Origin: a candidate division WOR-3 bacterium
GTDB taxonomy: Bacteria > Hydrothermota > Tepidihabitantia > Tepidihabitantales > Tepidihabitantaceae
Direction of reading: 5' to 3'
Assembly (NCBI GenBank): GCA_965648935.1
Contig: CBFGIY010000052.1
Location: 1 to 17,647, forward strand
DNA: 17,647 nucleotides
Below are positions 1-8,827 of this stretch, piece after piece. How positions within the stretch are numbered: the first letter of the stretch is position 1; every line of letters starts with the position of its first letter. A model generated the notes under the pieces. The model searched no databases. It had not been told where the DNA came from and was given only the letters and a program-made list of their open reading frames with translations. The translations under genes were made by a program, and so were the position numbers.

Positions 1-1
1 G

Positions 2-3000
2 GATGTCCTCAAGCTGGGTCCAGATACCCCCCGAGTACTTCCAGAACCCGGCGGTGTTGTTGCCCTTGGTGGCGTACACCGTGCCTGAGCCGTCTGTGCA
101 GATGTTTGCGCCTTTGGCCGGAGGCTTGGCTTCGGTGCCGAGCGGGATTGGCTCAAGCGTGGTCCAGGCCGTGCCGCTGAAGCTGTAGAAGTCAGGCGTC
201 TTGTTGCCTTTGAGGACATAGTGAACCCCGGTCCCGGCATCGTACGCTATCGCGCCGCCGTCTTTGACCGCGCGGCCTGAGGGCGTCAGCGGGACCTGAG
301 CTATCTCCAGCCAACCCGGTTCGAGAGTCTGCGCGGTGATGCGGAAGTCGCCAGAGAGCGCGTCGTTGCCCGGGTTGGAGTCGAGCGCGACATACACCGA
401 GCAGCGCGCCGTGTAAACCCCGGGCGCGTGGGGCTTGGGCCATTCGGCAAAGGTGACAGCAGTGCTCTGGCCGGGCTGGAGACTGCTGACAACGGCCTCG
501 GCCGAGTACACGACCGTCCCGCCCGACTCAATGAAGAACCACGCATCGCAACCGGTCGCGAGCGTGCCGTAATTGCGCACCGTAGCCTGCGGCACGACCG
601 CGGCGGCCGAGTCAATAGTGCCAGCCGGCGCGACGATGGCCAGCACCCCGACGTCAAAGGAACCGGCCGGCCTGACCGCGAACCCGGCACGCGCGGTATC
701 GTTGCCCGGGACCTGGTCACCGGGCAGGGATGCGACGCAGGTCGCGGTGAAGCTCCCGACCGGCGCGTCCCATTCGGCAAACTCAAGCGTGGTATCCGCG
801 AAGGGCAGGCCGGCAGGCAGGGCGACGCTGTCGTAGTAGGGCTGAGCGGCGTCAATCGCGAAGACCGCAGCGCAAGGCTCGCGCAGGGTGCCGTTGTTGC
901 GGACAACCGCGCGGGGAATCACCGGCCCGGCGACAATCGTGTCGGCGGGCGACAGAATCGCTGCCGCGGCGAGGTCCCGGACGTTGACGGTAACCGGGCG
1001 GGTGAGCGTGTCGTTGGTTCGGACGCGGTCACCCGAAAGCAGGGTGATGCAGCGGACCGGATGTGCGCCGCGCTGCGGCTGCCAGTCCGGGCTGAAAGCT
1101 ACCTGCTGCGTTGCGCCGGGCGCGAGCGCGGTAACGCTGGCCGTGCCCGAGTATGCGCCGATCGTGATGCTTACCGGGAAGCTCACCGTTGTGTTGCCGT
1201 TGTTGCGCACGGTCGCGCGCGGGGCAAATGGTGCGCAGGAGTCGATTGTCGGGCCGGGCAGGTCAATGCTCAAAGGCTGGACATCGATGACACGGGCAAA
1301 GAGCGAGTCGCGGTGCCAGTACCGGCCTTCCGGCCCGGCGAAACCGGCCGCCGGCTCGGTTTCGATTGTCTGGATGCGGTCGTGGGCCCAACTGCGCCAG
1401 AGCGCGGGCAGGTGGCCGCCGCGCTTTGGCGTCACCGCGACCCAGAAGTCGAAGCCGGTCCCGACCGGCAGGCGGTTATTCCAGGTGTAGCCGCCGCGCC
1501 ATTCCAGTATCGCGCAAGCGCCGCTTGAGCGCTGTTCGATTGCGCCGATGCCCGGGCCTGATGCCTGCCAGCCGGCGAGCGAGAAGTCGGCGGTATCGAA
1601 GGCGAAGGCGAGGCCGTAGCGCCACGGCGAGTAGCCGGCCGTGCAGGCGACGCGCAATCGCAGCGTTTCGGGCGCGGCCACGATGCCCGAGTCGGGCCAG
1701 TTCTGCGCCGAGCTCAGAAGCCGGGTCGGGCCGAGCTCGTAGTCCGGGTGGTTGATGTAGATCGGGTTGGTGAGCAGTTCCGGGTCGTTGACGCTGTTTT
1801 CGTGGTAGGCGCGGACAAAGTCGCGCGAGCCTGCGTTGTAAGTCGCGGTCCACTCGTAGGCGTAGTCCCACGGCCCGAACGGGTTGGTGAACCAGCGGTT
1901 GTGCACGGTGCCGCTGCGGTTGTAAATCCAGAAGTCGTCGAGGAAGTCGGCGTCCTCGATTTCGGCGCGGAACTTGACCGTGCGGCTGGTCGTGATGCGG
2001 GCGTGCTGGCCCATCACGAGGTCCCAGGTGCCGTTGTTGTTGGTGTCGGCATAAATGAAGATGCGGCCGTCGTCCGACTCGTCGAGCACCATTGCCTGGC
2101 CGAGCTTGGTGTATTTCAGGATCGTGTCGGGATGGTTGGACGGCGCCCAGACTCGGGTCTGGGACTCCATCGGCCCGCCCTCGCCGGGGACCGTGCCGTG
2201 GTAATCGGAATTGCCGGCGGCGGCGATGGTCTTGCCCGCGACCAGCAGGCTGTGCCACCAGGCCACGGCCTCGCGGTCGTTGTCGCCGGGCGACGGCGGG
2301 AAGTAGGTCAGGTTGTTGAAGACCTCGATGAAGTCTATCCCGGAGTCGAGCGCGGGATAGCGGTCCCAGCCGAACCCGAGCTCGTCGTCGCAGGGATGGT
2401 TCACCTGCACGAATCCGCCGCGCCAGGAAGCCTCGTCGAGCAGCGCGCGCACCGAAAGCGTCGAGTCGAACACGGCCGCGCCCTGGAACTCAAGCACGTT
2501 GGCGTGGCCCAGTTCCGAGGTCCACTCGGTGCCGCGGATGGGGTTGAGGTTGCCGACCGGGTGGAACGCGGTATCGTAGCACTGCGCTGTGCTGTTGTGG
2601 TCGGTGATGGCGTAGGCGCGCGCGCCCGCGGCCAAGGCCCGCGAGAGCAGGCCGTTGACCGAGTAGGCGCCGTCCGAATAGGTCGTGTGGGCGTGGAAAT
2701 TGGCCGGGTACCAGGCGTTGTCCGAGAGCCACATCCGCAGCCAGGGCGATGCGGCCGCGATTCCGCGCAGTTCGATGCGGTTATTGCCCGGGCGCAGATG
2801 AGCGATGTGCGCGGACAGATCGATACCCCTGATGCGCGTCTGCGGCACCTCGTCCGCGCCGAACCCGGCCACGACCGCGCCGTTAACGACAAGCGCGAAC
2901 CCGCCCGGGCATTCGACATTGGCATACCAGCCGGCAAGGCGCCGGCCCGCCGGCACGGAAAACTCAAGCGCAGCCGTGCCGCCGGCCACGGCCAGCTCCC

Positions 3001-3088
3001 CATCGCAGACCAGCAGGTCGCTTTCCAGCGGCGACAGGGCAGATGCGGCGGTAACCCAGGCGAGAGCAATCAGCAAACCCGTTCTCAT
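2..3088 (-). CDS. Large secreted protein (3'-truncated by window, >1029 aa): signal peptide, PHP-fold CehA/McbA-like metallohydrolase, uncharacterised beta-rich region, 3 CARDB/Ig-like repeats, start of Kelch-type propeller
   Basis: Translated by hand; not in ORF track because there is no stop in the window. AAGGAG 6 nt before ATG at 3088. N-terminus MRTGLLIALAWVTAASA. PHP motifs WYPANFHAHTTYSDG, AITDHN, GTEWTSELGHANV, VNHP, IEVFNN, GNSDYHG. Three repeats of the form D(V/L)...P.A.VRN.G...W...D....ND. Kelch-like KGNKTPDFYSF...W and VYATKGNNTAGFWKY. Confidence 0.9.
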   Translation of the reverse strand, partial: MRTGLLIALAWVTAASALSPLESDLLVCDGELAVAGGTAALEFSVPAGRRLAGWYANVECPGGFALVVNGAVVAGFGADEVPQTRIRGIDLSAHIAHLRPGNNRIELRGIAAASPWLRMWLSDNAWYPANFHAHTTYSDGAYSVNGLLSRALAAGARAYAITDHNSTAQCYDTAFHPVGNLNPIRGTEWTSELGHANVLEFQGAAVFDSTLSVRALLDEASWRGGFVQVNHPCDDELGFGWDRYPALDSGIDFIEVFNNLTYFPPSPGDNDREAVAWWHSLLVAGKTIAAAGNSDYHGTVPGEGGPMESQTRVWAPSNHPDTILKYTKLGQAMVLDESDDGRIFIYADTNNNGTWDLVMGQHARITTSRTVKFRAEIEDADFLDDFWIYNRSGTVHNRWFTNPFGPWDYAYEWTATYNAGSRDFVRAYHENSVNDPELLTNPIYINHPDYELGPTRLLSSAQNWPDSGIVAAPETLRLRVACTAGYSPWRYGLAFAFDTADFSLAGWQASGPGIGAIEQRSSGACAILEWRGGYTWNNRLPVGTGFDFWVAVTPKRGGHLPALWRSWAHDRIQTIETEPAAGFAGPEGRYWHRDSLFARVIDVQPLSIDLPGPTIDSCAPFAPRATVRNNGNTTVSFPVSITIGAYSGTASVTALAPGATQQVAFSPDWQPQRGAHPVRCITLLSGDRVRTNDTLTRPVTVNVRDLAAAAILSPADTIVAGPVIPRAVVRNNGTLREPCAAVFAIDAAQPYYDSVALPAGLPFADTTLEFAEWDAPVGSFTATCVASLPGDQVPGNDTARAGFAVRPAGSFDVGVLAIVAPAGTIDSAAAVVPQATVRNYGTLATGCDAWFFIESGGTVVYSAEAVVSSLQPGQSTAVTFAEWPKPHAPGVYTARCSVYVALDSNPGNDALSGDFRITAQTLEPGWLEIAQVPLTPSGRAVKDGGAIAYDAGTGVHYVLKGNKTPDFYSFSGTAWTTLEPIPLGTEAKPPAKGANICTDGSGTVYATKGNNTAGFWKYSGGIWTQLEDI

Positions 3089-3135
3089 CTACATCTCCTT
3101 CGCCGGCGCGAACCGGCGGGTCAGTTTCGTCCATC

Positions 3136-3164
3136 ATAATGGCGTTCGGCCGGGTCGCTGTAAA
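3136..3164 (-). promoter_or_regulatory. Putative sigma70-type promoter for the PHP/CARDB/Kelch gene
   Basis: Minus strand TTTACA-N17-CATTAT (an overlapping TATGAT is also present), just downstream of the terminator hairpin and about 48 nt upstream of the ATG. Confidence 0.4.
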
Positions 3165-3168
3165 GCCC

Positions 3169-3202
3169 AAAATAGCTGCGGGGCGGCACTGGGCCGCCCC
3201 GC
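3169..3202 (-). terminator. Probable intrinsic terminator of the 735-aa gene
   Basis: Perfect 10-bp GC stem (plus-strand arms GCGGGGCGGC 3178-3187 and GCCGCCCCGC 3193-3202, 5-nt loop), 18 nt after the stop. It is followed on the minus strand by AGCTATTTT (imperfect U tract). Confidence 0.6.
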
Positions 3203-3220
3203 GTTACCTTGTTCAGCCGG

Positions 3221-5428
3221 TCAGCGGGCAATGACGAGCTTCTGGCTGGCCGAAGCGTTCTCGGCCTCGACCCGGACGAGGTAGACGCCCGCGGCCAGTT
3301 CGCCGAGGTCGATGCGCTGGCTGCCTGAGCGAGCGAACTGAGCGCGCAGGTTCGAACGCACCCGGCCGGCCGCGTCGTACACCGTGATGCTCGCCGGGCC
3401 GGGCCGGGACAGGCTGTAGTTGAGCACGGCCTGGCCCGAGCGCACCGGGTTGGCCGCGAAGCCGAACCGCAGCGGCGCGGCGGCAGGCGCGGCCTGAGCG
3501 CCCTGCGGGCCGTACCCGGGCGGGGCGAAGGTGTAGCGCCAGAACTCAAGCGACTTGCCGCCCTTGAGCGCGAACACCGCGTTGCCGTAAGGGTAGTTCG
3601 CGAAGCCGCTGCCCGCGCCGACACGCGCGAGCTTCAGGCTGCTGCCGTACTTCGGTATCGTCTCGAGCTCGGACCAGCGGTCAAGCTCGGGCGCGTAGCG
3701 CCAGTATTCCTGGCTCTTGCCGCCCTTGAGCGCGTAGATGGAACCGTTGCGCCAGGTCGCGGCCCCGCCCTCGCGCAGTTTCAGGCTGCGGCCGTGCGCG
3801 CCGATGAGCGGCATCGCGCGGCGGGAGGACTCGTCCCAGCGCTCGGACTCGAGGTCAAAGGTCCACAGCTCGTGCTTGCGTGCCTTGTGGGCGTAGAGCT
3901 TCTGCGCGCCGTCGGTCACCAGCCAGGATCCGCGGTCCCACTTGTTGAACAGGCCGGGCGGGGCCGAGGCGAGCATCTCCCACTCGCGCAGGGAGGTGTT
4001 GTAGCGCACGAGGTCGCCCTTGGGGCCTTTCAGGAGGTAGACATAGCGCGTGCCCCACTGCTCGACATGGACCATACCCGAGCCGGAGCGCACCGGCCCG
4101 GAATTGGGCCCGAGCGGCAGGTCGGGCAGACGCTCCCAGGAATTGGCCGCGATGTCGTAGCGCCAGAACTCAAGCGACCGGTTGCCCTTGACCATATAGA
4201 CCGAGCCGCGGCCGTCGGCCACGCCGCGCGCGCCCTTGCCCGGGGCAAGGCCGAAGTCGCCTGCCGGCACCGGGGCGAGCTCCTGCCAGCGGCCGGTGAG
4301 CGGCTCATACGAGGCGAAATCGCCGGTGCGGTTGCCCTTGCCCGCGTAGATGCGGCCGGTCTTCGGGTCGGAAGCGAGCCAGCCGCCGAGGCGCACCGGC
4401 CGGCGCGACAGCATCATCGGCATCGGGTTCACCTCGCGCCACCCCCACGCGACCTCGTTGTGCGGCGGGCCGGGCGGGTCGGGCGGATTGGGCGGGTCGG
4501 GCGGGTCGGACCGGACCGGGGCAATCGAGAACCACGCCGCCATCATATTGTTGTCGGAGTCAAAGTCGCCGGCCATCTCCAGGCTGACCTGGCCGACGCG
4601 CTCGACCCCGGCCTTGTCCGGCACCCAGTCCGGTAAGACAAGCGACATCTCGGTGCCGGGCGCGAGCCCGGCCACATCGAGCGAGCGGCGATAAAGCTCG
4701 ACCGAGCCGGTGCTGATGGTGAAGGTCGCGCGGAACGGCGCGTCAACCTCGCCGTGATTCTCGACCACCACGGTCGGGGCGATGGTATCGGTGTGCAGGT
4801 ACACACCCTGCGGCGCGACGATGCGCACCACGCCGATGTCGCGCACCGCGAGATTCAGGCGCAGGCGCGGGCTGTTGGGCCCGGACGGGAAACCGAGGAT
4901 GTGGCCCCAGGTATTGGAAGTGTCCCACTTGTGGACGCCCAGCGCGACCCAGCCCTGAGCGATGCCGGCCTGTACCGCGGCCAGCCCGGCCGCGTTCAGG
5001 GGCCGCTCGATCCGGCCGCGGCCGTGGGCCATATCCGGGGCCACGACCTCGCCGCCCGTGATGGCCTGCCACAGGCTGGCGCCCGTTGCGGACCACGGGT
5101 CGACCGTCAGGTGGGTGATGACGCTGTGCGGCGGCGGATTGGACACCGACGCGGCGCGGTACTCCAGCACCGCGCTCTCGACGCTCAGGCTCTCGGACAG
5201 GCCCGACAGGTCGAAACGGAAGAATCCCTGCCACTTGCTGTCCGGCGCGTCCTTCCCGTACATCACCTCGTGATTGTGCTTGTGATAAGTCCCGTTGCTC
5301 TCCATCACCCGGCCGGTCGAATACAGGGCGTGGGCCGGGTAAACGTAAACCTCCGTGGCCAAGCCGGTTGCGGCGAGGAACAGGGCCGCGGCCAGGAGGC
5401 GAAAACTCAAACCCTTATGGCTGAACAT
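3221..5428 (-). CDS. Secreted protein: signal peptide, DNRLRE/CBM96-like domain, CARDB-like domain, Pro linker, Kelch-type beta-propeller, T9SS type A-like C-terminal sorting domain (735 aa)
   Basis: AGGGAG upstream; hydrophobic signal LLAAALFLAATGLA. GFFRFDLSGL...VESAVLEY...PRLRL is a DNRLRE-like pattern. CARDB pattern RDIGVVRIVAP...PTVVVENHG...LAPG...DFDSDNN. Six or so KG(N/G)..(E/D)F(W).Y.....W repeats. C-terminus NPVRSG...YSL...ITVYDAAGR...LAAGVYLVRV...QKLVIAR. Confidence 0.9.
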   Translation of the reverse strand: MFSHKGLSFRLLAAALFLAATGLATEVYVYPAHALYSTGRVMESNGTYHKHNHEVMYGKDAPDSKWQGFFRFDLSGLSESLSVESAVLEYRAASVSNPPPHSVITHLTVDPWSATGASLWQAITGGEVVAPDMAHGRGRIERPLNAAGLAAVQAGIAQGWVALGVHKWDTSNTWGHILGFPSGPNSPRLRLNLAVRDIGVVRIVAPQGVYLHTDTIAPTVVVENHGEVDAPFRATFTISTGSVELYRRSLDVAGLAPGTEMSLVLPDWVPDKAGVERVGQVSLEMAGDFDSDNNMMAAWFSIAPVRSDPPDPPNPPDPPGPPHNEVAWGWREVNPMPMMLSRRPVRLGGWLASDPKTGRIYAGKGNRTGDFASYEPLTGRWQELAPVPAGDFGLAPGKGARGVADGRGSVYMVKGNRSLEFWRYDIAANSWERLPDLPLGPNSGPVRSGSGMVHVEQWGTRYVYLLKGPKGDLVRYNTSLREWEMLASAPPGLFNKWDRGSWLVTDGAQKLYAHKARKHELWTFDLESERWDESSRRAMPLIGAHGRSLKLREGGAATWRNGSIYALKGGKSQEYWRYAPELDRWSELETIPKYGSSLKLARVGAGSGFANYPYGNAVFALKGGKSLEFWRYTFAPPGYGPQGAQAAPAAAPLRFGFAANPVRSGQAVLNYSLSRPGPASITVYDAAGRVRSNLRAQFARSGSQRIDLGELAAGVYLVRVEAENASASQKLVIAR
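4463..4507. repeat. Intragenic 9-bp tandem repeat (about 5 copies, GGGCGGGTC) encoding the DPPDPPNPPDPPGPP linker
   Basis: Units at 4472-4480, 4481-4489 (variant), 4490-4498 and 4499-4507, plus a degenerate copy at 4463-4471. Confidence 0.85.
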
Positions 5429-5459
5429 AACATACTCCCTTCGCTCGGACGTTGCGAAG

Positions 5460-5487
5460 TAGACTCGGCCTGCGCCAAAAGGATTCA
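5460..5487 (-). promoter_or_regulatory. Possible ECF-sigma-type promoter upstream of the 735-aa gene
   Basis: Minus strand TGAATC-N17-GTCTA resembles the ECF GAAC/GAAT...GTC architecture. No clear sigma70 -10 was seen in this gap. Confidence 0.3.
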
Positions 5488-5510
5488 GCCGGAATTGGGA
5501 AACCGGACCG

Positions 5511-7366
<1,856 letters not shown>

Positions 7367-7367
7367 C

Positions 7368-8723
7368 TCAAGCCTCTCCGGCGACCAGCGCCGCGCGTGC
7401 CCGCTCGACCAGCGGCTCGAGGGCGACACCGGCGCGCGCCTCGGCGATGACTCGCGCGATCGGCTCGGTATTGGACGCGCGCGCGTGCAGCCACCAGCCA
7501 TCGCCCGAGAGCCGCATCCCGTCGCGCTCGTCCGCAGCGGCGCCCGGAAAAGCCGCGGCCAGCGCGCCCCGCCGCGCGTCGAACTCTGCGCGCGACAGCG
7601 CGACCGAGGTCTTGACCATCCGGTAATCAGGCAGCTCCCGCCGCAGCTCCGAAAGCGGTGTCCGGGCACACAGCTCCAGCGCGACCGCGGCCGCGACCAG
7701 CCCGTCGCGCGTGAAATTCACCTCGGGCAGGATGACCCCGCCGTTGCCCTCGCCGCCCAGCACCGCGCCGGCCGCGCGCATCGCCTCGACCACGGCCGGT
7801 TCGCCGACCGGGCTGCGCGTTACCGCCGCGCCGAACTGCGCGCAGACATCCTCGACCGCGCCGGTCGTCGAGAGATTCACCACGACCGGGCCGGGCCGGC
7901 GCGGCAGTACCCAGCGGCAGGCCAGGCAGATCGTCGCCTCCTCGCCCAGCGGCGTGCCGGTCTCGTCGACGCAGGAAAACCGGTCTCCGTCCGGGTCGAA
8001 AGCGATACCGAGGTCCAGTCCTTCGGCGCGCACCACCTGCGCCAGCGCGCCCAGCCCGTCCGGGGCCGGCTCGGGCCGGCGCGGGAACCCTGAGCGCAGC
8101 GATGCGGGTGACGGGTCGCACCACACCGGCACCGGCTCGGCGCCGAGCGCGCGCGCCAGCTCCACCGCCGCGACCGAGGCCGCGCCATTGACCGCGTCGA
8201 TCCCGACGCGCAACCGGCGCGGCAGCGCGGGAAAAAGGTCATTGGAGAGAATCGCCGCGATGTGGCCCGCGACCGCGGAATCGTCCCGGCGCATCGGCAC
8301 GAGCCGGGTCCACTCGGCACGGCGCGGCTCGCCCGCCTCCAGCCGGGCGCGAAACTCGGCGACCACGGCCGGCGGAAGAAAAGTGCCGTCCGCGCCGCAG
8401 AACTTCAGCCCGTTCCAACGGTCGGGATTGTGCGACGCGGTCACGACGGTGCCGCCGCAGAGCCGGTTCGCGCGGACAAAATGCAACACAGTCGGGGTCG
8501 GGCAGACCCCGAGCTTCACCACCTCGCAACCCGCCGCGGCCAGCCCGGCGGCTGCCGCGGCCGAGAACATCTCGCCGGAAAGCCGCGAATCGCGCCCGAG
8601 CGCGACCGGCCCGGGCCCGACGAAAGTGCCGAAACCGGCCGCCACCCGCGCGACATGCTCCGGAGTCAGGTCGGCCCCGACGACGCCGCGCAGGCCGGAA
8701 ATGGTGAAAAGCGGGGAATGCAC
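7368..8723 (-). CDS. glmM: Phosphoglucosamine mutase (alpha-D-phosphohexomutase family); start GTG 8723 (alternative ATG 8732)
   Basis: ISGLRG, TASHNP (phospho-Ser), FDPDGDR (metal loop), GGEGNGG, RASNTEP. Lies 1 nt upstream of glmS. The ATG at 8732 overlaps a TATAAT box, so GTG 8723 is preferred. Confidence 0.88.
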   Translation of the reverse strand: MHSPLFTISGLRGVVGADLTPEHVARVAAGFGTFVGPGPVALGRDSRLSGEMFSAAAAAGLAAAGCEVVKLGVCPTPTVLHFVRANRLCGGTVVTASHNPDRWNGLKFCGADGTFLPPAVVAEFRARLEAGEPRRAEWTRLVPMRRDDSAVAGHIAAILSNDLFPALPRRLRVGIDAVNGAASVAAVELARALGAEPVPVWCDPSPASLRSGFPRRPEPAPDGLGALAQVVRAEGLDLGIAFDPDGDRFSCVDETGTPLGEEATICLACRWVLPRRPGPVVVNLSTTGAVEDVCAQFGAAVTRSPVGEPAVVEAMRAAGAVLGGEGNGGVILPEVNFTRDGLVAAAVALELCARTPLSELRRELPDYRMVKTSVALSRAEFDARRGALAAAFPGAAADERDGMRLSGDGWWLHARASNTEPIARVIAEARAGVALEPLVERARAALVAGEA

Positions 8724-8730
8724 GGCCGAC

Positions 8731-8760
8731 ATTATAAGGCAAAAGCGCGGCCCGAGTCAA
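8731..8760 (-). promoter_or_regulatory. sigma70-type promoter of glmM-glmS
   Basis: Minus strand TTGACT-N18-TATAAT, with an in-frame GTG 7 nt after the -10. Confidence 0.7.
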
Positions 8761-8770
8761 AGCCCGGCGG

Positions 8771-8798
8771 TTGACACCCGGCGCACAGCGGGCAAACT
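8771..8798 (+). promoter_or_regulatory. Putative divergent sigma70-type promoter for the lipoprotein/gamma-CA pair
   Basis: Perfect TTGACA (8771-8776), N16, CAAACT; AAGGA SD before ATG 8828. Confidence 0.45.
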
Positions 8799-8827
8799 GG
8801 CAGCGAGCGACGAAAGGAAACAACGAT

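Noticed and set aside
428..3139. Plus-strand ORFs of 366 and 463 aa and short minus-strand ORFs listed in the track
   Set aside because: All overlap the real minus-strand gene 2..3088, which has an SD, signal peptide and conserved motifs.
3100..3140. Hammerhead-like words (TGATGG...CGAAAC) on the minus strand
   Set aside because: The core is not CUGANGA and there is no stem II between the elements.
7367..7669. 101-aa N-terminal extension of GlmS, and a possible glmS ribozyme
   Set aside because: GlmS needs Cys directly after the initiator Met; the extension overlaps glmM. The glmM-glmS gap is 1 nt, leaving no room for a ribozyme.
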